Assembly: GCA_013289175.1 (NCBI GenBank)
Contig: JABDAN010000006.1
Location: 18,988-82,987, forward strand
From: Bacteroidota bacterium
Lineage (GTDB): Bacteria > Bacteroidota > Bacteroidia > Chitinophagales > Chitinophagaceae
Length of the DNA: 64,000 nt
Direction of reading: 5' to 3'
In this document: positions 36,690 to 46,907 of the stretch, piece by piece
How positions within the stretch are numbered: the first letter of the stretch is position 1
How the letters are laid out: each line of letters starts with the position of its first letter
Position numbers and translations under genes: made by a program
The notes under the pieces: generated by a model
The model's input: the letters and a program-made list of their open reading frames with translations, nothing else
Told to the model about the DNA's origin: nothing
Databases searched by the model: none

Positions 36690-39047
36690 TTATCTGACCA
36701 GCAATACCGTTCCTTTCATGTCGGTAAAGGTGGCATCTCCGGCTTTTTTAAACTTACAGAACCAAACGTAAACGCCCCCTGCAGCAAGTCCCCCGCCAAA
36801 GCTGCCGTCCCAACCCTTGGTATAATCCCTGGTTTCAAAGACTTTTTGTCCCCAGCGGTTAAAAACAGTTAAGGTGTAGTTATTGAGCATGGGGACGTTC
36901 AGGATTCTGAACGTTTCATTTCTTCCATCCCCGTTCGGAGTAAAAGCAGAGGGGAACAAGATATTACATACCTTTTGAGTAACAGAGATGGTGGCACTGC
37001 CCAGGCCACAAAGATTGGATACCGTTACAGCGTAAGAGCCCACGTGATTTACAATGAAGTGACTGAGCGTAGAACCATCCTGCCACAGATAAGAGGAATA
37101 GTCTCCCGGAGACAACATCAGGGTATCTCCGGTGCAAAGGCTTTTGCCTTCACCCAAACTAGGGGCCGGTTTCTGCTGAACGGACAGATGAAGGGTCCGG
37201 ATGCTATCACATCCCGTAGCCGACAAGAGGGTGTCGGTATAGACACCCGATTTTGTATATCCGGCATAGGACTGACCCTCACAAATGGAATCGGATACGT
37301 CCGCTGTTGATTTTTGGAGGATGGTTAAATGCAAATTGACAACGCTATCACATCCATTGGCTGCGACCAGGGTGTCTGAATATATTCCACTGGCTGTCAG
37401 GTTTTGACCCTTCCATAAATAATTGTCACAGGTTTGTATTGGAATATTGGTAATGGAATTTTTTTTGTTGGAGATGGTTAGGTTGAGTGTAATATTGCTG
37501 TCACACCCTGCTGCATTGGTAAGCAATTGTGTATAATTTCCACTGCTGGTATAGGTTTTACAATTTAGCGTATAACTTCCGCAAGCCGTGGCGGTGATGA
37601 TGGATGAGGTACTGTTGTTACAAGGACTCATTTTCTGAAGAAAAACACCATATCCATCGACCACACTCAAGTTACTTACTCCAATGCCGGGATCAAAATC
37701 AACGGTTCGTTCAAAACTACCAGTCGTATATACATCTCCGCCAGCATCCAATGCCACCGATAACCCTTCGTCAGAACCGATGCCCCCCAGCGTCTTCACC
37801 CAGGAAAAATTTCCGCTGGGGTCCAATTTGGAAATAAAAATATCATCATAACCAACCGAACTCAGCCTGAAGGCACAGTCGTTGGGATCAAAATTGATGG
37901 TTCCGAAATAGCTTCCGGTTATAAATGAATTTCCAGCCGCGTCCACGGCCAAGCCCCATCCACCCATGTATTCGCTTCCCGACAATTGATTTGCCCAGAT
38001 GAAATTTCCCGAAGCGTCCAGTTTGGAAATAAAAACGCTTTCATTGGGGCCGGAAGTCTGTGTATAGACCCCGGCACCCGGATCAAAGTCGACCGATCCC
38101 AAAAAACTACCCAGGGTATAAACATTTCCCGATCCGTCCACGGATATGGATTGCCCAAAACTGCTTCCGGCACCTTGAATTTGTTTGGCCCAAATCAGGT
38201 TGCCCTGGCCATCCAATTTGGAAATAAATCCCTCCCCGGCAGCATTGGCGGTCTGGAGGTTCAATACCGAAGCGCCGGGATCAAAATCTACCGTTCCATA
38301 AAAATTTCCGGTGGCATAAATATTTCCTGCCTGATCCAATTCTATGGAGAAGCCATTTCCACCATCTGTCGGATTTTGGCCACCCATCTGTTTGGCCCAG
38401 ACCAGATCGCCTGTCGTGTTGATTTTGGCAATAAATATCTCCCGGGAAGCGCCCCCGCCGCCTGAAGTCAGGTTGAAAATACCAGGGCCTGGGTCAAAAT
38501 CAATGGTGCCTTTGAAGGAACCCGTCATATAAACATCTCCTCCCGGATCTACCGCCAGTAACCGATCCGTAAGGCCGGCAATAATGGTTTGCAATTGCCT
38601 TACCCAGGAGAACAATCCTGCCGCATTTAGTTTCAGAAGAAAGATACTTCCATTGCTGGAGAGACTGGATACACCAATTCCTGCGTCGAAGTCTATACTG
38701 CCATAGAAAAATCCGGAAACATACACATTGCCGAGGGCGTCGACGCCAATAGAAATGCCGTCTCCGCTAACCGTAGAGGTACCGGGTCCTCCGACAATTT
38801 TGTTTTCCCAAATCAAATTGCCCGCCGCATCTAGTTTGGAGACGAATATTTCTGCAATGCCATTGCTCAGGTTGAAGTATCTGGCGATAAATATGTTGCC
38901 GTTTACATCGGTAACAATAGAGCTGTTTACTGATTGAGTCGAACCTTCATCCCATCTTTCTGCCCAGGCATACCGAACATTTTGAGCCGGCAACAGGCCT
39001 GGGAGGCCTATAAACAGGATAATTATAATTCTCTTCATTTCAATCAT
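36690..39047 (-). CDS. SBBP beta-propeller repeat protein with T9SS type-B CTD
   Basis: Repeats of D..GN.Y.TG.F.G..DFDPG...IFISKLD..GN..W; three GCDS repeats; FPSAFTPNGDG.N...FNRWG...GWDG CTD. Confidence 0.9.
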   Translation of the reverse strand: MIEMKRIIIILFIGLPGLLPAQNVRYAWAERWDEGSTQSVNSSIVTDVNGNIFIARYFNLSNGIAEIFVSKLDAAGNLIWENKIVGGPGTSTVSGDGISIGVDALGNVYVSGFFYGSIDFDAGIGVSSLSSNGSIFLLKLNAAGLFSWVRQLQTIIAGLTDRLLAVDPGGDVYMTGSFKGTIDFDPGPGIFNLTSGGGGASREIFIAKINTTGDLVWAKQMGGQNPTDGGNGFSIELDQAGNIYATGNFYGTVDFDPGASVLNLQTANAAGEGFISKLDGQGNLIWAKQIQGAGSSFGQSISVDGSGNVYTLGSFLGSVDFDPGAGVYTQTSGPNESVFISKLDASGNFIWANQLSGSEYMGGWGLAVDAAGNSFITGSYFGTINFDPNDCAFRLSSVGYDDIFISKLDPSGNFSWVKTLGGIGSDEGLSVALDAGGDVYTTGSFERTVDFDPGIGVSNLSVVDGYGVFLQKMSPCNNSTSSIITATACGSYTLNCKTYTSSGNYTQLLTNAAGCDSNITLNLTISNKKNSITNIPIQTCDNYLWKGQNLTASGIYSDTLVAANGCDSVVNLHLTILQKSTADVSDSICEGQSYAGYTKSGVYTDTLLSATGCDSIRTLHLSVQQKPAPSLGEGKSLCTGDTLMLSPGDYSSYLWQDGSTLSHFIVNHVGSYAVTVSNLCGLGSATISVTQKVCNILFPSAFTPNGDGRNETFRILNVPMLNNYTLTVFNRWGQKVFETRDYTKGWDGSFGGGLAAGGVYVWFCKFKKAGDATFTDMKGTVLLVR

Positions 39048-39450
39048 ATGGCTGAACCGAACTATGAAATTAGACAAGATAATCCTAGCTAAAAAGGGAA
39101 TCGGCTTGTTTGGCTTTAATCATCCGAAATGGGTTTTCATGCGTTAGGGGAACTTAATCAACTGGAGTCATATGGGTTTGAAGACCCTGTTTTCTCGGGG
39201 TATTTCAGGCCTTTTACGCTCGATTGACGGTGTTTCGGATCGGCGGGTGACTATCATTCATTGAATACGCAAAGAATGACGAATCGGTTGAGAAAATGAG
39301 CGACGGGGGGATCCTTTTCAGGAGTATGATCCAGGATGTCGTTTTTTAACAGTGAATTTAAAATATTGAAGATCTGTTTAATGTACCTATGGCACCGGGA
39401 TTTAGCGGGCGCTGGCACAGTTTTGTTATCCATCATCCATATACCCAGTT

Positions 39451-39873
39451 ATGAAAACAGTATCTATCATGTTGATAGGCATTTTTATCGCCTTCAACAG
39501 TTATTGCCAGGTCCCTTACTCCAGTCAGTCGGACTCCTTATTCAACGATCTGCAACAAAGTGTGCATCCAATTCATGGTGGTGTTATTGGACAAACGCTG
39601 GATTCCAACGACCTGTATAAACATATAAAAGAAGGACTGGTCATGCAAGGTGGACAATTGAAGATCATTCGAAATGGAAGTTTGTTTGTGATGCATGGAC
39701 CTTTCCCTTTAAAAAATGGAGCGATGATCTATACAAACGGCATCATAAAAATGCCGGACGGGGGCACTCCTTTGCTGGAAGAAAAAGATTACATCGATTT
39801 TGATGGACATATCAGGCCGTTACAAAGTGCGGAAATGAATAATATGGTTTCTTTAACAAATCCTTTATTCTAA
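39451..39873 (+). CDS. Secreted protein, DUF6799-like
   Basis: Signal peptide; GLVMQGG...LKNGAMIYTNG...DG...L.E.DYIDFDG. Confidence 0.65.
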   Translation: MKTVSIMLIGIFIAFNSYCQVPYSSQSDSLFNDLQQSVHPIHGGVIGQTLDSNDLYKHIKEGLVMQGGQLKIIRNGSLFVMHGPFPLKNGAMIYTNGIIKMPDGGTPLLEEKDYIDFDGHIRPLQSAEMNNMVSLTNPLF

Positions 39874-39978
39874 TCAAACCTTTGCTCCTCTTGCATCCAA
39901 CCGATGCTTTATCCAGGCTGCGTTCGCATTTCCTGGATCATCAGATGAACTTTGTCCGGCAGATCCTATTTTCGGGCA

Positions 39979-42303
39979 ATGATAAAGGTCTTTTTACTCT
40001 TTCTGTTGATTACCTCATCGATCTCAATCTATTCTCAGAGTAAACATACGGTCAGCGGGACCGCCCGGGATAAAAAATCCGGCGAAACCTTAATCGGTGC
40101 TTCTGTTTCCCTCCTGGAAATTCCCAGGACCGCAACCATGACCAACGCCTACGGCTTCTTTTCCATTACTGCCCCCGCCGGGTCCTATAACCTTTTGATT
40201 AGTTCCGCGGGATACCTGCAAGACACCATACAGGTTGTTTTGTCGCAGGATATTTCGGTTTCTGCGAACCTTACACCCAAAAATGACGAACTGGAGGAAG
40301 TGGTTGTAACGACGGTCAGAAAAGACAACAATGTGACCAAGCCACTCATGGGCGTGCAGAAGTTGTCTGTAAAAGAAATCGAAAACCTGCCTGTCATTTT
40401 TGGAGAAAAAGATATTCTAAAATCTTTGCAACTCTTGCCAGGCGTTCAGTCAGCAGGGGACGGCGGGAGTGGATTTTATGTACGGGGCGGCACAACCGAC
40501 CAGAACCTGATCCTGCTGGATGAGGCAACGGTTTATAACCCTTCTCACTTACTGGGATTTTTTTCAACCTTCAATTCAGATGCGATCAAAGATGTAACCT
40601 TATATAAAGGGGCTATTCCAGCAGAATTCGGAGGCAGGATTGCTTCGGTTCTGGATGTCCGTATGAATGATGGAAATTCTAAAGAACTGGGGGTTAGCGG
40701 TGGAATCGGCCTAGTTTCTTCCCGACTCAATATTGAAGGACCGATTGAAAAAGACAACGGATCTTTTATTGTGAGTGCAAGAAGGACCTATGCCGATCTT
40801 TTCCTCAAACTTTCTAAAGACACGAACACCCGGAGCAGCAGTCTTTATTTTTATGATGTCAATGCCAAGGCCAACTATAAGCTGGGTGATAAAGACCATA
40901 TTTATCTTTCCGGATATTTTGGGAAGGATTATCTGGGCTTGGGAAACAGTTTCGGACTGGACTATGGAAACAGCACCGCCACTTTTCGATGGAACCATAT
41001 TCTCAATAGCCGCCTTTTTTCTAATACTTCACTCATCTACAGCAAATACGATTATGATATTAAAGTGACTTCCGGGAATAACAATGTTGGGATCAATTCC
41101 TTTATCCGGGATTATCATTTCAAGGAAGATCTTCAATATTTTGTCGCAGCCGGCAATAAAATAAATTTCGGTTTGGATGCGATCCGGGTTACGACTTCCC
41201 CGGGTGTCATCACTGCTGCCGTCGGAAGTGACAATTTTAATTCAAGTTCCGTTCCCGATAAACAGGCACTGCAGACAGCCCTGTACTTTAATCAGGAGCT
41301 ATCCCTTTCGGACAAAATAAATGTAAACTATGGATTGCGCGCAGGGCTTTTCAGCGTTCTGGGACCGGGTGCATTTTATACCTATGATTCCAGTGGCAAT
41401 CCGATAGACACTGCCAATTATGGATCGGGAACGATTGTTAAAAATTATTTTAATCTTGAACCGCGTTTTTCCATGAGTTACCAGCTCAATGAGAATAGCT
41501 CCGTAAAATTTGCGTATACCAGGACTACCCAAAACCTTCATCTTCTTTCCAACAGTACTTCCTCCAATCCTACCGACGTTTGGATACCCAGCAGTAACAA
41601 TGTGAAACCAGAAATCGCCGACCAGGTTTCTGTGGGTTATTTCCGAAATTTTAAAGACAACCAGTATGAGTTCTCCAGCGAAATCTATTATCGCAATATG
41701 CAAAACCAAATAGACTATAAAAACGGCGCTCAGCTGATAGCCAATGTAAATGTAGAGTCCCAATTGATTTTTGGCAACGGTCGGTCATACGGATTGGAAT
41801 TATTCGTCAAAAAAAAATACGGGCGTTTGAGTGGATGGGTGAGTTATACTTTATCTCGAACAGAGCGTCAGTTTACCCAGGTTAACAATGACAGCTGGTA
41901 TCCTGCCAATCAGGACCGAACGAATAACCTCTCTGTGGTAGCTATCTACAAGCTGAGCAAAAAGTGGACTTTTACCACCGACTTTGTTTTTTACACAGGG
42001 AACGCGGTCAGTTGGCCGAGCGGAAAGTATCCGGTGAATGGCCAGCCGGTTTTTTATTATACGGAACGCAACGGATATAGAATGCCCGCATACAACCGCC
42101 TCGATATCAGTTTTACCCTGCAGGGAAAAAAGACAAAGAAATTTGATAGCAATTGGAACTTTTCTTTGTACAATGTCTATGGCCGTGAAAACCCGTACAG
42201 CATCAGTTTTGAGCAGGATCCAGCCGACGCCTCCAAAACGCAGGCGGTTCAATGGGCTCTTTTTCGCTGGGTCCCGTCGGTTACCTATAATTTTAAATTT
42301 TAA
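39979..42303 (+). CDS. TonB-dependent receptor
   Basis: CarboxypepD-like N-domain, GEKDILKSLQLLPGV, VRGG..DQN, C-terminal PSVTYNFKF; start at the ATG at 39979. Confidence 0.93.
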   Translation: MIKVFLLFLLITSSISIYSQSKHTVSGTARDKKSGETLIGASVSLLEIPRTATMTNAYGFFSITAPAGSYNLLISSAGYLQDTIQVVLSQDISVSANLTPKNDELEEVVVTTVRKDNNVTKPLMGVQKLSVKEIENLPVIFGEKDILKSLQLLPGVQSAGDGGSGFYVRGGTTDQNLILLDEATVYNPSHLLGFFSTFNSDAIKDVTLYKGAIPAEFGGRIASVLDVRMNDGNSKELGVSGGIGLVSSRLNIEGPIEKDNGSFIVSARRTYADLFLKLSKDTNTRSSSLYFYDVNAKANYKLGDKDHIYLSGYFGKDYLGLGNSFGLDYGNSTATFRWNHILNSRLFSNTSLIYSKYDYDIKVTSGNNNVGINSFIRDYHFKEDLQYFVAAGNKINFGLDAIRVTTSPGVITAAVGSDNFNSSSVPDKQALQTALYFNQELSLSDKINVNYGLRAGLFSVLGPGAFYTYDSSGNPIDTANYGSGTIVKNYFNLEPRFSMSYQLNENSSVKFAYTRTTQNLHLLSNSTSSNPTDVWIPSSNNVKPEIADQVSVGYFRNFKDNQYEFSSEIYYRNMQNQIDYKNGAQLIANVNVESQLIFGNGRSYGLELFVKKKYGRLSGWVSYTLSRTERQFTQVNNDSWYPANQDRTNNLSVVAIYKLSKKWTFTTDFVFYTGNAVSWPSGKYPVNGQPVFYYTERNGYRMPAYNRLDISFTLQGKKTKKFDSNWNFSLYNVYGRENPYSISFEQDPADASKTQAVQWALFRWVPSVTYNFKF

Positions 42304-42307
42304 GTAG

Positions 42308-43105
42308 ATGAAAAATATTTCTGCGCTTCGACTTCTGGTAATCATGCTGACATTTTCTTCCTGCCAGAAAGTGGTAAGTCTCAACCTGAACAATGCAGCC
42401 CCCCAGCTGGTGATTGAAGGGGAGATAACAGATGGGTCGGGACCCTATACGGTCACCATCAATCAGTCCGTGGACTTTTACGCTGACAACAGCTACCCGG
42501 CTGTGTCCGGGGCGGTCGTGAAGGTGAGTGACGACCGGGGCAACACCGACAGTTTGAAGGAAACCTCTCCTGGAGTATATTCAACCAATTTTTTGCAAGG
42601 CAAACCAGGGGCAACTTATTCCTTGTCCGTGGTCACTCAAAATAAAAATTATTCCGCCACTTCTACCATGCCCTTTCCTGTTCCCCTGGATTCTTTGACG
42701 CTGAATCTTACCAGTGGTTTTGGTCAACAACGCATCGATGCCATCGTAAATTTCCAGGACCCGCCCGCCGTAGCCAACTACTATGAATTTGTAGAATATG
42801 TCAATGGCCAGCCTTTCCCGAGAAATAATTTTGTGTTTGACGACCGGCTTTCCGACGGAAAATATATCAGTCTGGTTTTGCGTACCGACAGCAGTTATAT
42901 CAGTTCTGGAGACCTGGTCCGAGTGGATATGTATTCCATCGATGAAAATACCTACACCTATTTTCTTGAATTGCGTCAGTCTTCCGGAACCGGGGCTTTC
43001 AATGCGACGGCTTCTCCGGCAAATCCGACCACCAATGTATTGGGCGGAGCCCTTGGTTATTTCAGTGCCCATACCACGCAGTCTAAATCCATTGTGGTGA
43101 ACTGA
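42308..43105 (+). CDS. DUF4249 family lipoprotein
   Basis: Lipobox FSSC; LVIEG.I...FQDP...PANP.TN..GGALGYF; usual partner downstream of this receptor type. Confidence 0.85.
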   Translation: MKNISALRLLVIMLTFSSCQKVVSLNLNNAAPQLVIEGEITDGSGPYTVTINQSVDFYADNSYPAVSGAVVKVSDDRGNTDSLKETSPGVYSTNFLQGKPGATYSLSVVTQNKNYSATSTMPFPVPLDSLTLNLTSGFGQQRIDAIVNFQDPPAVANYYEFVEYVNGQPFPRNNFVFDDRLSDGKYISLVLRTDSSYISSGDLVRVDMYSIDENTYTYFLELRQSSGTGAFNATASPANPTTNVLGGALGYFSAHTTQSKSIVVN

Positions 43106-43137
43106 ACTGCGGGATAACGGATAGATTGGTGGCCAAT

Positions 43138-43169
43138 AAAAAAACCGGACTAAATGGATTAGTCCGGTT
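43138..43169. terminator. Intrinsic terminator between convergent genes
   Basis: AACCGGACTAA-ATGGA-TTAGTCCGGTT with an A-run on the left. Confidence 0.8.
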
Positions 43170-43223
43170 CATGAAGATCACACACAACAAACAAGTCTAG
43201 AAACGTTCCGTTTAAATCATCTA

Positions 43224-43430
43224 TTATTTTTTTGCAGAATCAACCAGTTTCTTGGTCGAATCCATCATTTTCTTTGTGCTATCTGCCATTGCCTTCGTTG
43301 AATCAGAAACCGAAGTAGTCACGCTATCGGTTTTTACCGTTGTCGTAGAGTCGGTAGTAGTCGTGGAGGAACTTGAACCGTTACAGGCTGCGAAGATGCC
43401 CACGGCTAAAACAGTGATTAGTTTTTTCAT
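43224..43430 (-). CDS. Small Ser/Thr-rich lipoprotein with DS(T/V/A) repeats
   Basis: Lipobox FAAC; heptads DSTKAMA/DSTKKMM/DSTKKLV; followed by a terminator. Confidence 0.85.
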   Translation of the reverse strand: MKKLITVLAVGIFAACNGSSSSTTTTDSTTTVKTDSVTTSVSDSTKAMADSTKKMMDSTKKLVDSAKK

Positions 43431-43554
43431 GTGAATGCGTTTAAAGGTTGATACGCATTTTGGGAAAAGGTAACCCGGCAGTGGATAAACAATTCAAAGC
43501 AGATGACTAAATCACTGATATTCAAAAAGATATACCTTACCGTCGACGCCTTTT

Positions 43555-44121
43555 TTAATCACTGGTCGTTAAACCGGCATACCGATTCTCTGACGGCAAG
43601 TATCCGTTTTTGACCAGGATATTGGCCAACCGGTCGTAAAAAGCGCTGTCTGGCGGGGTAACACTGGCCAGACCATCCACGTATCGGTTGTACAAAGAAA
43701 ACAAGGCGGCAATTAAAACCGTATCATGGATTTCCCGATCCGTTGCGCCGTTTTTTTTGGCCTGATCAATCATTTCCGGGGTAACATTTTTACCACTTAC
43801 CTGTACGGCGCTTGCAATGATCAACAGGGACTTCATTTTCTGGCTGACGGGTGAAGTCATGATATCGGTCTTCACTTTTTGGGAAGTCTCAACTTCTCCC
43901 AACAGGCGGTCGGTGGCCGCCGTATGTGCCGCTGTACAGAACCGGCATTCGTTACCGTAGGAGACGATGGAGGCAATCATTTCTCTTTCTGCTTCTGAAA
44001 GAGTCGACTCACCCCTTAGTAAAATCTGTGTAAGCTGTCGAATCGGCAAGGCTGTATCCTTTCGATAGTCCAGTAACCCGGTGATTCCGGGCAGTTCTTC
44101 ATTGAGCGGTATGTAAGGCAT
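43555..44121 (-). CDS. Peroxidase-related AhpD/CMD family protein
   Basis: EREMIAS.VS..NECRFC...H; FSLYNRYVDGL. Confidence 0.88.
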   Translation of the reverse strand: MPYIPLNEELPGITGLLDYRKDTALPIRQLTQILLRGESTLSEAEREMIASIVSYGNECRFCTAAHTAATDRLLGEVETSQKVKTDIMTSPVSQKMKSLLIIASAVQVSGKNVTPEMIDQAKKNGATDREIHDTVLIAALFSLYNRYVDGLASVTPPDSAFYDRLANILVKNGYLPSENRYAGLTTSD

Positions 44122-44293
44122 AACTGGGAATGGTTATAAACCAAAAATTACTGAATTAATGGAATCAATTGCCCTAAATGGATTTTTTTTTAACATACTC
44201 AATTGTTTGAATTGTTGATGCTCCCACAGGACCTAGCGGTTTTTGTTCGCAGGCTTCCGGGCTAAAGCAGCGAACAGCCATTTAATCTAGGGC

Positions 44294-44611
44294 TCAGGCC
44301 GGTTTTAACGCTGTTCTTGACTGATAGGATCCGATGAAGTTTCCATGACTTACCACCGGCATTTCCTGGCAGCGTTCCTTTATTCCGGCTTGGAAGTCTT
44401 TAAAGGCGGGCAGTCCCGATAGGAAAGATTTACCTTCTTCTGAAAAATTTGCCCAGTGAATAAAACTTAATCCGTCTTCTAGTTTAACAGTGGAATAACT
44501 GAAGTCATCGGGAGATTTCTGTCGGATCTGGTCGTAGACCGCCCGGACTAATTTTTCATTTTCTTCTACGAATTCTGGTTTTACTTTGTAGCGAACAATC
44601 GTGGTTTGCAT
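44294..44611 (-). CDS. Hypothetical protein, ABM/dimeric alpha-beta barrel-like
   Basis: VRYKVKPE..EENE.LV.AV...DG.SFIH...LPAFK.FQ; start at the ATG at 44611. Confidence 0.7.
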   Translation of the reverse strand: MQTTIVRYKVKPEFVEENEKLVRAVYDQIRQKSPDDFSYSTVKLEDGLSFIHWANFSEEGKSFLSGLPAFKDFQAGIKERCQEMPVVSHGNFIGSYQSRTALKPA

Positions 44612-44642
44612 AAAATTCAATTTTTAACAGTAATTTACTTCT

Positions 44643-44695
44643 GGTTGCAGTTTGCAACCGGATATAAATATATTAACTAATTGCAAAATGCAATT
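44643..44695. promoter_or_regulatory. Two TTGCA-N3-TGCAA palindromes, probable HxlR-family operators
   Basis: GGTTGCA-GTT-TGCAACC (44643-44659) and AATTGCA-AAA-TGCAATT (44679-44695), between the divergent regulator and its target. Confidence 0.65.
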
Positions 44696-44723
44696 GGTTT
44701 GCACCGTTTAATTTTAAAATTTA

Positions 44724-45143
44724 TTGGTGGAAACTTACAGATCGAATTGCCCGGTTAACCTGGCCCTGGAAATCATCGGCGATAAATGGAGTCTGTTGAT
44801 TATTCGGGATATGATGTTTGAAAACAAATGTTATTTCAGGGAATTTCTTCAGGGTGAGGAGAAAATTGCCACCAACATCCTGGCCGACCGGCTTTCCAAA
44901 CTCGAAAAGGAGGGAATCATTCGTAAATCCGGTGACCCCGAGCACAAGCAGAAATTCATCTACAGACTGACGCTTAAGGGAATCGATTTGCTTCCCCTTA
45001 TTTTGGAAATGGGTATCTGGAGTCTTAAATATCAGCCGGTTGACACTAAAAAACACAAACACGCCACCAGGCTCCTGCATGGAGGAACAGAAGCCAGATC
45101 GGCTGTCCGTAAAGAGCTTGTCCGAAAAAATATTCAGGGCTAG
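44724..45143 (+). CDS. HxlR family winged-helix transcriptional regulator
   Basis: RSNCPV..ALEIIGDKWSLLIIRD...IATNILADRL...YRLT.KG. Confidence 0.9.
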   Translation: MVETYRSNCPVNLALEIIGDKWSLLIIRDMMFENKCYFREFLQGEEKIATNILADRLSKLEKEGIIRKSGDPEHKQKFIYRLTLKGIDLLPLILEMGIWSLKYQPVDTKKHKHATRLLHGGTEARSAVRKELVRKNIQG

Positions 45144-45176
45144 GCTACGGGCCGTATGACCATTAAAAAAAGGAGA

Positions 45177-46775
45177 ATGAAAAAGTATCTCGTTATCATA
45201 TTAATCATTTGTTCTTCCACGACAAGGGTTCCTCCTTTACCCGGACGGCTACCACTGATGGACCAAAGAACCAAAGCGACTGGGCCGGTAGCATCCGACC
45301 CAGATTGGTCTAGTTTTTTTCAAAAGGGAATCGATTCCTGTATAGCGAATAACATTCCCATTTATTATATCCCTACTGGCCGGTGGAAATGCAACAAACC
45401 TTTGATCCTGCAAAATTGGGTAGCCTCTCGAGGCCTGTACTTCAATTTCTCACTGCAAATTGTTGGAACGGGCACGTTTGCCGGAGCCGATGGATCCGGG
45501 ACGATTCTGGATTTTTCCGGCATGACATCCGGATTTGGAATCGGCATCCAAGGAGGGAAAGGAGTGGAGATAAGAGGCCTTAAACTGATTGGCGCATGGA
45601 ATTATCAATTTCCAGGAGCAGCAAAATTTTACAATACACCGTTAAATAAATTCACCGATGGGAGATGCAGGGATTCCGCATACTCACCGTATTTCGCCAT
45701 TGTCATTGATCCATTTGGTCCAAAAATTCCACCAGATGGTGGTTACCCGGGTCTTTCCAGTTTTTATAAGGGAAACCGGATCGGATCAACCGGGACGGTT
45801 ATCGAAGACTGTTTTTTTACAAATTGGGTTGGTGGCATTATTACTTCACCCAACGGAATTACTCAAAATGCAGAACTACTAATAGCTGACAAAATCCAGT
45901 TTGCAAACATGAAAATATGTGTTGCGGGTTGTCAGGACCAGGAGAAAATGAACCGGGTTTCAAACGTGATGGCATGGGGTGTAATCCATACCTGTTTTGT
46001 AACAGGAATGTATGGGGCTGGATCAATCGGCAACTGGTATCTGGACCATTGGAATATTGCCGGTTATACGAACCAAATTGTTTATAACAACCAGTCTGGG
46101 TATTATCCATCTTATTTCTCAGACATTTATGCTGAATCTATCGCCAGGATTGGTACAATCAATTCGATAAATGGAACCACTTTTTCGAATTCATCGATCA
46201 ATTTCGCAGGGCTGGAAGAATGCGGCTCTTACACCGAAGGAATGATTTCCGGTTATGGACTGACGTTCTCCGGCTGCCAGCTCAGGGTTTATGGACAGTT
46301 TACACCGGTGACCATCAATTCACTCGAAGGGCTGATTCATTTCAGGGATTGTTCATTTGAGACGGTACCCTTCTATCCGCAGACTTATCCCTATGGATAT
46401 TCAGACTTTCAAAACTGTACCATCAACAATTCGGGAGAAATATTGAACCCGATGGGACCACAAACGATCAGACCGGGGTTATCCCGCTACGGTTATGGCA
46501 GCAATTCTGGTGTGGCTGCCAAATCGGTTCCGATCGACGGGTTGATGCATAAGTTTCCAAAAAACGGTCCGAAACTTTCTTCTCTCATTTATTCAGACAG
46601 TCTGGTGAAAATGGGTGATATCATCGTGGTGACACATGACTATGTAGACTACCGCGTGGCGGGGGTCGTCACTGCGCTCGGCAACAAAAGTTTTACCGTT
46701 TCTTATTCACCCCTGGGTGTTGACAGTTCGAAGTTGTATGCCATATTCCGCTGGACTCCTTTAAAAAAACCTTGA
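45177..46775 (+). CDS. Hypothetical exported protein, probable right-handed beta-helix (pectin-lyase/tailspike-like)
   Basis: N-terminal hydrophobic stretch with Cys; FQKGID...YIPTGRW, GIGIQGGKGVEIRGLKLIG, IEDC.F, FRDCSF, FQNCTI. Confidence 0.55.
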   Translation: MKKYLVIILIICSSTTRVPPLPGRLPLMDQRTKATGPVASDPDWSSFFQKGIDSCIANNIPIYYIPTGRWKCNKPLILQNWVASRGLYFNFSLQIVGTGTFAGADGSGTILDFSGMTSGFGIGIQGGKGVEIRGLKLIGAWNYQFPGAAKFYNTPLNKFTDGRCRDSAYSPYFAIVIDPFGPKIPPDGGYPGLSSFYKGNRIGSTGTVIEDCFFTNWVGGIITSPNGITQNAELLIADKIQFANMKICVAGCQDQEKMNRVSNVMAWGVIHTCFVTGMYGAGSIGNWYLDHWNIAGYTNQIVYNNQSGYYPSYFSDIYAESIARIGTINSINGTTFSNSSINFAGLEECGSYTEGMISGYGLTFSGCQLRVYGQFTPVTINSLEGLIHFRDCSFETVPFYPQTYPYGYSDFQNCTINNSGEILNPMGPQTIRPGLSRYGYGSNSGVAAKSVPIDGLMHKFPKNGPKLSSLIYSDSLVKMGDIIVVTHDYVDYRVAGVVTALGNKSFTVSYSPLGVDSSKLYAIFRWTPLKKP

Positions 46776-46907
46776 GGGCGGATGTCCGTTTCTGTATCAG
46801 AAAGCAAATATTTTAAACGGGGTTTTTTTTGACATTCCTGTTGTCCATCTGGATGAATACTATGGAACTGTCAGATTAATTAGTTTATTTGTAATAAATC
46901 GTTCATC

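Noticed and set aside
36690-39047. Recurrent GGATCAAAATC-like DNA repeats as a CRISPR array or repeat element
   Set aside because: They encode the DFDPG propeller repeats inside a CDS, are irregularly spaced, and no cas genes are present.
27603-39978. Cobalamin riboswitch near the B12 enzymes or the TonB receptor
   Set aside because: No AGGGAA / GCCACTG / AGCCAG..ACCTGC box set was seen in any spacer, so the TonB receptor cannot be called BtuB.
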